Assembly: GCA_963698075.1 (NCBI GenBank)
Contig: OY969116.1
Location: 862,131 to 926,130, forward strand
Length of the DNA stretch: 64,000 nucleotides
Direction: 5' to 3'
DNA from: an uncultured Candidatus Berkelbacteria bacterium
GTDB lineage: Bacteria > Patescibacteriota > UBA1384 > UBA12157 > JAENIV01
The notes below the pieces were generated by a model. That model was given only the letters and a program-made list of their open reading frames with translations, searched no databases and had not been told where the DNA came from. Shown here piece by piece: positions 55,186 to 64,000 of this stretch; the first letter of the stretch is position 1; every line of letters begins with the position of its first letter. The translations under genes were made by a program, and so were the position numbers.

Positions 55186-56192
55186 CATATGAAATTGTTA
55201 CAATTGGTGATTGTATGCGGGATATTTTCCTTTTTCCTGATGTCACAGAGATGGAAAAACCGGCTCGAGGTGAAAAAATCAGAGAGAACTCGGAATTTGA
55301 AAAATATCTCGTTTTTGGCCTCGGTGACAAAATCACGATATCCGATGTTGAATTTTCTGTCGGCGGCACGGCCGCTAATGTTGCCTCAGGCCTTTCAAAA
55401 TTAAGTTTTAAAACAGCGATTATTTCTGCGGTTGGCTCGGATCATGCCGGTATCGATGTTAGAGAAAAGTTACAAACTCAAAAAGTTTCAACCAGTCTCA
55501 TCAAGGTCTATCATAGTAAAAAAACCAGCTTTTCTGTTATTGTGTCGTACAAGGGCGAACGAACAATTTTTGTTTATCACGCTTACGAGCCCCAAAATTT
55601 CCATTTACCAGAGAATCTTGATACACGCTGGCTTTATCTAGGGCCGATGGCTAAGGATTTTGAAAGATTGTTCGATCAGGTCGTTGCCGAGGTGGTCAAA
55701 AAAGACCTGAAAGTTGCCGTCAATCCGGGGGCGGTGCAAATAGAAGCTGGTCTTCATTCATTCGGTGGTCTTTTAAGATTAATAGACATAATTTTTTTAA
55801 ATCGTGAGGAGGCCCAAAAATTATCCGGGTTACCTGGCGTGTCGGATATTCGCGATTTGGCCAAGATAATTCTTGCTCAAGGGCCAAAAATCGTGGTCAT
55901 CACTTGTGGTAAAGAGGGCGCCTATGCTTATAATGGCTTGGATTTTTATCGGGTTGGTGCTTACCCGGCCCACCGCGTTGATGCCACTGGCGCCGGCGAT
56001 GCCTTTGCGGCCGGTTTTCTTGCTGGTATAATAGAAGAGCAAAATCTTCCGACTTCGCTAAAGTGGGGCGTCATTAATTCAGCTTCAGTGATTGGAAAAA
56101 TCGGCGCCCAAGAAGGTTTGCTTTCAAAAGGAATTATAAAGAGGAGGGCAAAGGAGTATCGATGGCCCGCCGACACCTTGCGATTTTCCTGA
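55182..56192 (+). CDS. PfkB-family sugar or sugar-phosphate kinase
   Basis: GGTAANVA N-terminal motif and the C-terminal DATGAGDAF anion hole. Confidence 0.75.
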   Translation: MTYEIVTIGDCMRDIFLFPDVTEMEKPARGEKIRENSEFEKYLVFGLGDKITISDVEFSVGGTAANVASGLSKLSFKTAIISAVGSDHAGIDVREKLQTQKVSTSLIKVYHSKKTSFSVIVSYKGERTIFVYHAYEPQNFHLPENLDTRWLYLGPMAKDFERLFDQVVAEVVKKDLKVAVNPGAVQIEAGLHSFGGLLRLIDIIFLNREEAQKLSGLPGVSDIRDLAKIILAQGPKIVVITCGKEGAYAYNGLDFYRVGAYPAHRVDATGAGDAFAAGFLAGIIEEQNLPTSLKWGVINSASVIGKIGAQEGLLSKGIIKRRAKEYRWPADTLRFS

Positions 56193-56560
56193 AAGGCGTG
56201 GCAGAAAAGGTTTTATCCGGCCAAAAATCCGTCGAAATAAGACTCAGCCAGAATCAAATTGCCCCCTATTTAGAAGTTCAAAAAAAAGACGAGATTCTCT
56301 TGAAAATTTCCGGCGGCAAAATAATTGGCAAAGCAATCGTGGATAATTGTTTATATTACGAAATTTCTAATCAAATAACAGTTAATATGCTTCGAGAAAA
56401 TTATCGAGAAGAGGCCGCCATGGATGAAAAATTCTGGGATACTCATAGGAATGCTCGCTTTGCCACGGTAATCTTTCTTAAAAAACCAACCAAATTTTTA
56501 ATGCCCGTGGTCTTCAAGAAACGTGATCGAAGGCCATGGGTCGTGATGGAGGAGAAATGA
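56162..56560 (+). CDS. ASCH/PUA-like domain protein
   Basis: Short beta-barrel pattern (KSVEIRLS ... ILLKISGGKIIGKAIV). Confidence 0.4.
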   Translation: MARRHLAIFLKGVAEKVLSGQKSVEIRLSQNQIAPYLEVQKKDEILLKISGGKIIGKAIVDNCLYYEISNQITVNMLRENYREEAAMDEKFWDTHRNARFATVIFLKKPTKFLMPVVFKKRDRRPWVVMEEK

Positions 56561-57585
56561 CACGCATGCAAATAGCTATTAATGGTTTTGGTCGAATTGG
56601 CCGAACTTTTTTTCGCGCCGCTTATGCGTTGCATCCGAAAGAATTTAACATCGTTGCTGTTAATGATTTGGGTGATATTGAAACACTGGCGCATTTATTA
56701 AAATATGATTCTTCCTACGGCGAGTTTGCCGGTCAAGTCAAAGTTAAGGGTGATAAATTAATGGTCGATGACAAGGAAATTACGGTCTTATCAGAAAAAG
56801 AGCCTGCCAATTTACCTTGGAAAGATTTAGGGGTGGATCTGGTCATCGAGTCCACCGGCGTCTTTACCGATCGCGAAGCCGCCTCTGCCCACGTCAAAGC
56901 TGGCGCCAAAAATGTGATTATCACCGCACCAGCCGAAGGTGAGAAACCAATCAAAACGATTATTTTGGGCGTCAATGAAGAAGAGTTTAATCCAAGTGAG
57001 GATATTTTATCGATGGCCTCCTGCACGACGAATGCCCTGGCGCCAGTGGCTGATGTTTTGCATAAAAATTTCGGCGTTCTAAAATCATCAATGACGACAA
57101 TCCATTCTTATACGATGGACCAACGTTTACAAGATGATGCTCACAAAGATCTTCGTCGTGCCCGGGCAGCTAGCTTATCAATCATTCCCACCACCACTGG
57201 AGCAACGATCGCTGCCACCGCCGTTATTCCTGACTTAAAAAACAAAATGAATGGGATTTCTTATCGAGTACCGACAGCCACCGTCTCTTTACTGGAATTC
57301 GTTGCTTTAGTCTCAAAGAACGTGACTGTCGAAGAGGTTAACGCGGCTTACAAGAATGCCGCCGATGATCCCAAAACCCAAGGAGCGATTGCCGTTTCAA
57401 ATAAACCCTTGGTTAGCGCTGATTTTAAAGGTGATCCTCACGGGGCCATCATCGACCTCTTGTCAACTCAGGTAATTGATGGTAATCTTGTAAGAGTAGT
57501 GGCTTGGTATGATAATGAATTGGGGTATTCCTACCGTTTAGCAGAATTTTGCAAATATATAGAAGAAAAAACCATAAGGAGTTAA
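56557..57585 (+). CDS. gap: Glyceraldehyde-3-phosphate dehydrogenase (type I)
   Basis: INGFGRIGR, and SCTTNALAP carrying the catalytic Cys. Confidence 0.9.
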   Translation: MTRMQIAINGFGRIGRTFFRAAYALHPKEFNIVAVNDLGDIETLAHLLKYDSSYGEFAGQVKVKGDKLMVDDKEITVLSEKEPANLPWKDLGVDLVIESTGVFTDREAASAHVKAGAKNVIITAPAEGEKPIKTIILGVNEEEFNPSEDILSMASCTTNALAPVADVLHKNFGVLKSSMTTIHSYTMDQRLQDDAHKDLRRARAASLSIIPTTTGATIAATAVIPDLKNKMNGISYRVPTATVSLLEFVALVSKNVTVEEVNAAYKNAADDPKTQGAIAVSNKPLVSADFKGDPHGAIIDLLSTQVIDGNLVRVVAWYDNELGYSYRLAEFCKYIEEKTIRS

Positions 57586-58002
57586 ATGCGTAAAGATTGG
57601 ATTTTAATTGGTATTATTGGGCTGATTTTAATTGTCGGTCTGGGATTAATTGGCTATCTTAAATTATCCAAAAAACAAGTCATTGCCAATCCCGAACCCT
57701 CTGCCTCTGGCCAAGCAATTGCCGGTGCTGTCACAGCCGAATATTTTAGCGAAGATGCCAAAGTTATGTATTTTTATTCTGATTTCTGTCATTGGTGTCA
57801 GAAAGAAATGTCAGACGTTTTGCCTGATTTAGGCAAGGAAGGTTATCGTCTAAAACCAATGGACGTCGCGACCAACCCAAATTTAGGGAACCAATATAAT
57901 ATCACTGGTACGCCCACGTTTGTGGCCGCCAATGGTGATCGATTAGTTGGTTATCAAGAAGCCGCCGCTTTAAAAGCTTTTCTTGATCAACATAAAGAAT
58001 AA
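57586..58002 (+). CDS. Membrane-anchored thioredoxin-fold protein (CHWC active site)
   Basis: CxxC in a thioredoxin-fold context. N-terminal transmembrane helix. Confidence 0.6.
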   Translation: MRKDWILIGIIGLILIVGLGLIGYLKLSKKQVIANPEPSASGQAIAGAVTAEYFSEDAKVMYFYSDFCHWCQKEMSDVLPDLGKEGYRLKPMDVATNPNLGNQYNITGTPTFVAANGDRLVGYQEAAALKAFLDQHKE

Positions 58003-58031
58003 AATTTTTTAAAAAATAAACCGACAAAAAA

Positions 58032-58232
58032 ATGCAGAAACTTAAAAAGGGCCAGCGAATTACAATTGGATTGATAATTTTGGCTATGGGCACTCTTATT
58101 TTGGGGGCTGATCGTCTTTTTGTTTCCGCCGACAACGCCAATTACGGTCAATCAATGACAGTTTTAACCATTGTTGCTCTTTTTTTCTTTTTGATTGCCG
58201 CCATTTGGCTTTTTAGAACAACATTCGATTAG
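58032..58232 (+). CDS. Small membrane protein (66 aa)
   Basis: Two predicted transmembrane helices. Confidence 0.4.
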   Translation: MQKLKKGQRITIGLIILAMGTLILGADRLFVSADNANYGQSMTVLTIVALFFFLIAAIWLFRTTFD

Positions 58233-58249
58233 TTCGATAAAGAGGGTTA

Positions 58250-59662
58250 ATGGCAGTGGAAATCAATGAAAAAAACTTTGAAATAAAACCTCGTCAAAAT
58301 GTTCTCCAGAGTCAAAAATGTCAAAATTTTCGCGATTTTGAAGACGTAGCGCTTTCTCGCGATGAATCAAAATGTATTGGCTGCGGCCTTTGCCGAACCG
58401 CATGTTTGGAATACAACAATTTGGGTATTCCAGTGGAGACAAAAGTTGGTGATTGTACCTATTTCCGTCCAGATGGGAAATTAAAGGTTTCCGAAAGCAA
58501 TTGTACTCGTTGCGGCCAGTGTGTCATGGCTTGTCCAACAGGGACCTTGCAAGAAAAAGATAATATTGAGGATGTAAAAAAAGCCCTCGCTGATCCTGAT
58601 AAAATTGTTGTGGCCCAAACCGCACCTTCTTCAAGAGTCAGTCTGGCCGAAAGTTTTGGCGGCGCGCCGGGAGAGATTTTGGAAGGACAGATGGTAGCTG
58701 CTTTAAAAAAACTCGGCTTTGATTACGTTTTTGATGTTAATTTGGGAGCAGATTTTACCACTTTTGAGGAGGCATATGATCTCAAAGACCGAATTGAGGA
58801 GGGGACGATTCCTCTTTTTACTTCTTGTTGCCCAGCACGGGTAAAATATATTGAAGATTTCCACAAAGACTTGATTGGCAATATTACTTCAGTCCGTTCG
58901 CCTCAGCAATGCCTGGCAGTTTTAATTAACACTTATTTTGCTCAAAAACTTAAATTAGATTATAAAAAAATTATTGTGGTCTCGATTATGCCTTGTATCG
59001 CCAAAAAATTTGAATCGCGGCGCGAAGGCGAAGATAAATCCGGCTACTGGGATGTTGATTGGGTTTTAACCACGCGCGAATTTATTAAAATGGTTAAAGA
59101 AGCGAATATCGATTTAAAAAATATTGAGCCGTCTAAATTTGATTCGCCGTTGGGTGAGGCATCTGGCGCCGGGGCAATCTACGGCGCCGCCGGCGGGGTG
59201 ATGGAATCAGCCATCCGCACTTTTGCCGACATTTTTCATAATGAAAAAATTGATAAAATCGATTACCAAGAATTCCGCGGGATGGAAGGAATTAAAAAAG
59301 CGACAATCAATATCGGCGGCAAAGATATTAAAATTGCTGTTGCTACAGGACTAGCCAACGCGGAAAAAATAATTGCGGAAATAAAACATGGTGAAGTTTA
59401 TCATTACATTGAAGTCATGGCTTGCCCCGGTGGTTGTGTTGGCGGCGGCGGCCAGCCCAAACCGCAAACCCTAGAAATTATTAATAAAAGACGAGAAGCT
59501 TTATATGAAATTGATAAAAAATTATCCATCCGCAAAGCCCACGAAAATCCGGTGCTCCAACAAGTTTATAAAGAATTTTTAGGCTGTCCCGGCTCGGAAT
59601 TAGCCCAAAAATATTTACATACCAATTACAATGTGAGGCAAGCGAGGATTTGTAAAATTTAG
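58250..59662 (+). CDS. hydA: [FeFe]-hydrogenase catalytic subunit (HydA-like) with N-terminal 4Fe-4S ferredoxin domains
   Basis: H-cluster motifs L1 TSCCPAR, L2 MPCIAKKFE and L3 MACPGGCVGGGGQP. Two CxxCxxCxxxCP ferredoxin motifs. Confidence 0.8.
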   Translation: MAVEINEKNFEIKPRQNVLQSQKCQNFRDFEDVALSRDESKCIGCGLCRTACLEYNNLGIPVETKVGDCTYFRPDGKLKVSESNCTRCGQCVMACPTGTLQEKDNIEDVKKALADPDKIVVAQTAPSSRVSLAESFGGAPGEILEGQMVAALKKLGFDYVFDVNLGADFTTFEEAYDLKDRIEEGTIPLFTSCCPARVKYIEDFHKDLIGNITSVRSPQQCLAVLINTYFAQKLKLDYKKIIVVSIMPCIAKKFESRREGEDKSGYWDVDWVLTTREFIKMVKEANIDLKNIEPSKFDSPLGEASGAGAIYGAAGGVMESAIRTFADIFHNEKIDKIDYQEFRGMEGIKKATINIGGKDIKIAVATGLANAEKIIAEIKHGEVYHYIEVMACPGGCVGGGGQPKPQTLEIINKRREALYEIDKKLSIRKAHENPVLQQVYKEFLGCPGSELAQKYLHTNYNVRQARICKI

Positions 59663-59668
59663 GAAAAT

Positions 59669-60193
59669 ATGGCCAAAGTAAAAACTCAAGTTATAGCCAA
59701 AGTCAAATGGGAATCAATTGTGTGGTTTGTAGGATTAATGGCGGTCGTGGCGGTTTTGCCGCACTATGTCCACAATCAATTCATCACCGGGCCGATTGTT
59801 AATGCGGTTTTGTTTATCGCAGTAGTAACATTGGGTGTCGGCAACGCAATATTAATTGGTCTAATTCCATCAGTCGTCGCTTTAATATCGGGATTACTGC
59901 CAGTGCCGCTGGCGCCAATGGTGCCGTTTATAATGATTTCTAACGCAATAATGATTTTAACATTCTCGTATTTTAGAAAAGTAAATTTCTGGGGCGGGGT
60001 TATAGGCGGAACTTTATTTAAGTATGCATTTTTGTATTTAACCTCGACAATCGTGGTTGGTTTAATATCGAATCATAATATTGGCTTGAAAGCCGCGGCT
60101 ACCATGATGGCTTGGCCACAAATCGTGACTGCGATCGCTGGTGGCGTGATTGCGTTTGGGATTTTGAAAATAACTTCTAGGGATTTGAAATAA
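59669..60193 (+). CDS. Polytopic membrane protein, possibly an ECF-transporter S-component-like protein
   Basis: Five to six transmembrane helices. Low-confidence family call. Confidence 0.4.
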   Translation: MAKVKTQVIAKVKWESIVWFVGLMAVVAVLPHYVHNQFITGPIVNAVLFIAVVTLGVGNAILIGLIPSVVALISGLLPVPLAPMVPFIMISNAIMILTFSYFRKVNFWGGVIGGTLFKYAFLYLTSTIVVGLISNHNIGLKAAATMMAWPQIVTAIAGGVIAFGILKITSRDLK

Positions 60194-60214
60194 AAATATC
60201 ACGGAGGAGGCAAT

Positions 60215-60571
60215 ATGCTCGAAGATTTGGTTTTTGTTTCAATTTTCTCATTACTTTTTGGGGTACCAGCTTTAGTAATTTTTTATCTTATTGCCCGAAG
60301 TAGTCCTGGTAATCAAAATATTAATTCTTTTAGTATCCAGGGAATGTTCAAGTTGCTTGCGGAAATAGTCGGCCTCTACTTACTTTTTTGTTCAATTTAT
60401 TTAGCGGTTGTAACAGTTCTTGCATTACCTGGCATTCAAGGCACAGAGGGATTTTCTGCTGTTTTTCTGCTTGGTGGAGATGTAGTAGCATTTATTGTTA
60501 CTATATTAATGACGGTGATATCATTTAGATTAAAAATTGGGCCCAAAGATACCAACATAAACCAAGGATAA
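60215..60571 (+). CDS. Small membrane protein (118 aa)
   Basis: GGAGG RBS. Three to four transmembrane helices. Confidence 0.4.
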   Translation: MLEDLVFVSIFSLLFGVPALVIFYLIARSSPGNQNINSFSIQGMFKLLAEIVGLYLLFCSIYLAVVTVLALPGIQGTEGFSAVFLLGGDVVAFIVTILMTVISFRLKIGPKDTNINQG

Positions 60572-60594
60572 TGACTTTGGAGTTCTAAGACTCT

Positions 60595-61770
60595 ATGAAA
60601 AAAATTCAAGAAGCACAAATTGAAGGAAGGAATATTTTAGTGCGCATTGACACCGATGTGCCGATGGCAAAAGAATGGACTGATGGTCAGACGCGGGAGA
60701 TTTTAGATGACGAGCGCCTGCGCGCCTCTATTCCTACTATCAGATATTTGTTAGAAAAAGACGCCAAAAAAATTGCGATTATGGGCCACGTTGGTCAACC
60801 GAAAGGCGTTGATCTAAATTTTAGTTTGTGGCCAATAGCTAATCAATTATCAGTGCTCTTGGGCTATAAAACCGAATTTTTCAAGCCACAGCTAAACTAT
60901 TGTCTCGATGAAAAAATCATCATTTATGAAAACATGCGTTTTGATCCACGAGAAGAAAAAAACGATCCTGGTCTCGCCCAAGACTTAGCCAAAAATCAAG
61001 ATTTTTTTGTTCAAGATGCTTTTGCCAGTTGTCATCGCGCTCACGCCTCAACCGTTGGAGTGGCAAAATTATTGCCTTCTTACGCCGGGATGGCCGTTCA
61101 AAAAGAAGTGGAAAATCTTTCTCAAGTTATTGCCAGTCCCGCCGAAGGTTGCACCATCATTATTGGTGGTAAAAAAACCGAAGATAAATTACCAATGATT
61201 GCCAACCTTTTAGGCAAGGCGGAAAATTTTTTGATCGGCGGAGTGGTTGCCAATACTTTTTTAGCGGCCAAGGGCTATAATTTGGGAAAATCGCTGATTG
61301 AGACGGAAGTTTTATCTAAGGCAAGAGAAATTTTACAAAAATTTGCCAGCAACCCTTCAAAAAAATTATTAATGCCGGTTGATTTAATATTTTCCAGGTC
61401 GAAAGATATGCCCGTAGATTTAAGACATGAAAATATTGAAGATCTAAATAATATCGATGATTTTTTTGCCGTCGATATCGGGGCGGAGACTACCGCCAAT
61501 TTTCTCGTCACTATCAAAAATTCAAGGACGATTTTTTGGAACGGCAATTTAGGCGTTTCTGAAGTTGAAGAATTTCGGAAAAATACTTGGAAAATTGCCG
61601 AGGCGATTGCCAATTCTCGAGCTCAAAAATACGCTGGCGGCGGTGATACCAGCTCTTTTATTCGCCAAGTGGGCTTGGAAAATAATTTCGATTTTATCTC
61701 CAACGGCGGCGGTGCCACCCTCGAATTTTTGGCCGGTAAACCCCTGCCGGGACTGGAAGTTTTGGAATAA
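60595..61770 (+). CDS. pgk: Phosphoglycerate kinase
   Basis: Canonical PGK N-terminal and C-terminal domain motifs. Confidence 0.9.
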   Translation: MKKIQEAQIEGRNILVRIDTDVPMAKEWTDGQTREILDDERLRASIPTIRYLLEKDAKKIAIMGHVGQPKGVDLNFSLWPIANQLSVLLGYKTEFFKPQLNYCLDEKIIIYENMRFDPREEKNDPGLAQDLAKNQDFFVQDAFASCHRAHASTVGVAKLLPSYAGMAVQKEVENLSQVIASPAEGCTIIIGGKKTEDKLPMIANLLGKAENFLIGGVVANTFLAAKGYNLGKSLIETEVLSKAREILQKFASNPSKKLLMPVDLIFSRSKDMPVDLRHENIEDLNNIDDFFAVDIGAETTANFLVTIKNSRTIFWNGNLGVSEVEEFRKNTWKIAEAIANSRAQKYAGGGDTSSFIRQVGLENNFDFISNGGGATLEFLAGKPLPGLEVLE

Positions 61771-61953
61771 TCGCTCGCCAGTATCCGTCAAAAGATGCCG
61801 GCACTACTTCGACTCCAGCGCGTCGAAGGTGCCTGCTATCTCGGCCAAAAAGTCGCCTGCGGCGACACCATGCTTTTTGGCCTGCGATGGCCACTTTTGA
61901 GGACACTTGGCTTCGCTTTACATAAGAAAAAAAATTGTATATAATATAGTTCT

Positions 61954-63153
61954 ATGGAAATAAAAAAAGAAGATTTACCAAAGTCAAAAGCTAAACTCAC
62001 CATTAAGGTCTCGTCACCGGAAATGCGGGGATTTTTTGCCCGTACTTATAATAAAATTGCGCCGACGATTGAGATTAAAGGTTTTCGGAAAGGGATGGCG
62101 CCGCGTTCAATGACGATTGTCGCCATCGGCGAAAACCGTCTACAGCAAGAAATTATTGACCTAACCTTACGAGAAACTTTCACTGAGGCGCTCAAAAAAG
62201 AAAATCTTATTCCTATCGCATCGCCCAAAATCAATATCAAGATGCTCAAAGATTTAACCGCTGATACCGCTGCCCTCGAATATGAAGCGGAAATTGATTT
62301 ATTGCCAGAAGTTAAACTTGGTGATTACAAAAAAATCAAAATTCAAAGTTCAAAAATCATGCCTCGCGCAGCTGGCAAAATGGAAGTCAGCCAAGACGAG
62401 ATAGATCAGGTTTTATCGCACCTGGCTCGAACGCGGGCCGAGTTTAAAAATATTAGCTGTCCGGTCAAAGAAGGTGACCGTCTCGAAATTAATTTTGAAG
62501 GTTTGGAAAAGGGTGTGAAATTAGAGAATCTTTCGAGCCAAAACTATCCGGTAATTTTGGGCAGTAAAGTTTTGATTCCCGAATTTGAAGCCAAATTAAT
62601 TGGTCTTAAAAAGGGCGATAAAAAAGAATTTAAAGTGATGATGGCGCCAACAGCCAATGATAAAAAACGTCCGATCAATTTCAAAGTCGAAATTTTACAG
62701 ACCCAAGAAGTCATTCTGCCGGAGATTAACGATGAGTTCGCCAAAAAATATCAAAAGAAAGATTTGACCGAGCTTAAAAAAGCAATTAAAGAAGACGTAA
62801 TCAAACAGAAAGAACAACAGCAACAGAGAAATCTTGAAAATGCGGTTTTGGAAGAACTCGTTAAAATTACCCAAGTTGATATTTCTGATAGTCTCATCGC
62901 TCAGGAAATTGATCGTCAAATTAATGAGATCCGCTCACGGACGGCGACAATGGGACTCACTTTTGAAAAATATTTGGAAAATTTAAAGAAAACTGAAGGG
63001 GAATTTCGAGAAAGTCTCAAACCTCAAGCGGAAAAAACGATTAAAATTGGTCTAGCTTTGGGCGAGATTATCAAAAAAGAGGGGATGGATTCCAAAGACA
63101 AAGAAGCCGGGAAGAAAGCTTTGGATAAGTTGATCTCTTATGCGATAAAGTAG
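61954..63153 (+). CDS. tig: Trigger factor (short form)
   Basis: N-terminal ribosome-binding GFRKG motif and the PPIase/C-terminal arms. A TTTACA-17-TATAAT promoter lies immediately upstream. Confidence 0.85.
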   Translation: MEIKKEDLPKSKAKLTIKVSSPEMRGFFARTYNKIAPTIEIKGFRKGMAPRSMTIVAIGENRLQQEIIDLTLRETFTEALKKENLIPIASPKINIKMLKDLTADTAALEYEAEIDLLPEVKLGDYKKIKIQSSKIMPRAAGKMEVSQDEIDQVLSHLARTRAEFKNISCPVKEGDRLEINFEGLEKGVKLENLSSQNYPVILGSKVLIPEFEAKLIGLKKGDKKEFKVMMAPTANDKKRPINFKVEILQTQEVILPEINDEFAKKYQKKDLTELKKAIKEDVIKQKEQQQQRNLENAVLEELVKITQVDISDSLIAQEIDRQINEIRSRTATMGLTFEKYLENLKKTEGEFRESLKPQAEKTIKIGLALGEIIKKEGMDSKDKEAGKKALDKLISYAIK

Positions 63154-63340
63154 TATCGTTCGCCCCAGCCACGCCAAAACATACCGGGCCTAAAATTTCC
63201 CCAGCGAGGAAATTTGACCCTACGCGCTCGGCCTCGCTCTTGACCGTGCAGCTCGGCCTGCGCGAGTTAGTTTTGGGTGGCATGCGGCTCACTTGACAAA
63301 TCAAGAAATGTAAACTATACTTAACATCGAAAAGGAAACA

Positions 63341-63940
63341 ATGAAAGAAGACACAACTAATCAGTATTTAGTGCCGATGGTGCTCGAAAAAAGCCAGTTT
63401 GGCGAACGGGCGTACGATATTTATTCGCGATTGCTTAAAGACCGAATCATTTTTATCGGCGGGCCGATTGATGATGCGGTGGCTAATCTCGTGATGGCGC
63501 AGTTACTTTTCTTGGATGCTGAGGATCCGAAAAAAGATATTTCGATCTATATTAATTCGCCGGGTGGGGTAGTCACCGCCGGAATGGCAATTTATGATAC
63601 AATTCAATATGTTAAAGCTGATGTCTCGACGATTTGTATTGGTCAAGCCGCTTCCGCCGCCGCCATATTATTAACCGCCGGCACTAAAGGCAAACGCTAC
63701 GGCTTGCCTCAGTCTCGAGTGATGATTCATCAAGTGATGGGCGGCGCTGAAGGTCAGGCAACGGACGTTGAAATCCAAACCCGCGAGATTTTGCGAATTA
63801 AAAAAGCCATCAATGAAATCTTGGCCAAACATACCGGTAAAACACTGACAACAATCGAAAAAGACACTGACCGCGATTTCTATATGACGGCCGCTGAAGC
63901 GAAAAAATACGGAATCATCGATCAGGTTATTAAACAGTAG
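63341..63940 (+). CDS. clpP: ATP-dependent Clp protease proteolytic subunit
   Basis: Catalytic Ser in [11 protein letters not shown], plus the His and Asp positions. A TTGACA-17-TATACT promoter lies at about 63292-63320. Confidence 0.95.
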   Translation: MKEDTTNQYLVPMVLEKSQFGERAYDIYSRLLKDRIIFIGGPIDDAVANLVMAQLLFLDAEDPKKDISIYINSPGGVVTAGMAIYDTIQYVKADVSTICIGQAASAAAILLTAGTKGKRYGLPQSRVMIHQVMGGAEGQATDVEIQTREILRIKKAINEILAKHTGKTLTTIEKDTDRDFYMTAAEAKKYGIIDQVIKQ

Positions 63941-63945
63941 AAGCC

Positions 63946-64000
63946 AACCCCGTACAATTCCTTCCTGACTTATTGAATTACATTCAATCACGCAGGAGCG
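63946..64000 (+). repeat. Structured repeat R, copy 3 (partial; the window ends inside it), directly after clpP
   Basis: Near-identical to copy 1 except for compensatory changes in the inner hairpin (TTGAAT-TAC-ATTCAA). Confidence 0.55.

Noticed and set aside
63190-63300. CtsR operator upstream of clpP
   Set aside because: CtsR boxes are tandem heptads separated by 3 nt. Here the GGTCAAA-like repeats are about 25-30 nt apart.
1-64000. CRISPR arrays, rRNA and tRNA genes
   Set aside because: No regularly spaced direct repeats were seen. No sequence with T-loop, anticodon and acceptor geometry was found in intergenic regions.

Overview
This is a 64 kb window from a low-GC (about 35-40%), gene-dense genome that looks like a Patescibacteria (CPR) bacterium. 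Genes are short and often overlap by the ATGA stop/start pattern. TGA is used as a stop codon, so this is genetic code 11. Almost all native genes lie on the + strand.

Housekeeping genes, in order: a Nramp transporter (5' partial), rsmI, metG, tatD, iscS-iscU, folD, mnmA, ctpA, rplI, lemA-htpX, ligA, gatC-gatA-gatB, htrA, prfA and rpmE (both on the minus strand), rpsB-tsf-frr, rseP, proS, uvrB, uvrA, uvrC, a glycolysis block (tpiA, fba, pfkB-family kinase, gap, pgk) that also contains an [FeFe]-hydrogenase gene, tig and clpP.

At least nine GC-rich inserts (about 46-60% GC) interrupt this backbone. Most carry genes on the minus strand and have their own promoters and terminators.
- A 4.7 kb multigene island lies at about 4290-8975. 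It encodes membrane and secreted proteins and a frameshifted, degenerate short-chain dehydrogenase.
- Several mini-islands each encode a small zinc-ribbon protein (11.7-12.2 kb, 23.0-23.5 kb, 38.9-39.3 kb, 40.4-41.0 kb).
- One island at 32.7-33.6 kb encodes an orphan Ku protein.
- Two mini-islands share a 12-nt left-boundary sequence (TCTGCCGGCGGC), and one of them is bounded by 11+5-nt direct repeats.

The region at 17.5-24.6 kb is an accessory array of small genes of varied composition: ORF6N, HIT-like, GNAT, S51 peptidase, a small alarmone hydrolase, a 379-aa protein with a PD-(D/E)XK-like motif, a membrane wHTH protein and several hypotheticals.

Four repeat families are present:
- A roughly 25-nt motif (T)AGCCGATTTGACA/C-S-C-S-GG occurs five times, usually fused to the stop codon of the upstream gene.
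- A 33-nt palindromic element, ATTCTATTATTCTATAGAATATGCGAATRTCAT, occurs twice.
- A 24-nt hairpin occurs twice, in opposite orientations.
- A roughly 70-nt, three-helix structured element (R) occurs as a diverged tandem pair directly upstream of uvrA and again after clpP. It shows compensatory base changes in its stems. Its central palindrome is GAAC-N3-GTTC. The tandem pair also duplicates the first 40 nt of uvrA.

A roughly 520-nt GC-rich segment at 46.0-46.5 kb has no plausible coding frame and contains many perfect hairpins. It is probably a structured RNA of unknown class. I found no CRISPR array and no tRNA or rRNA genes.
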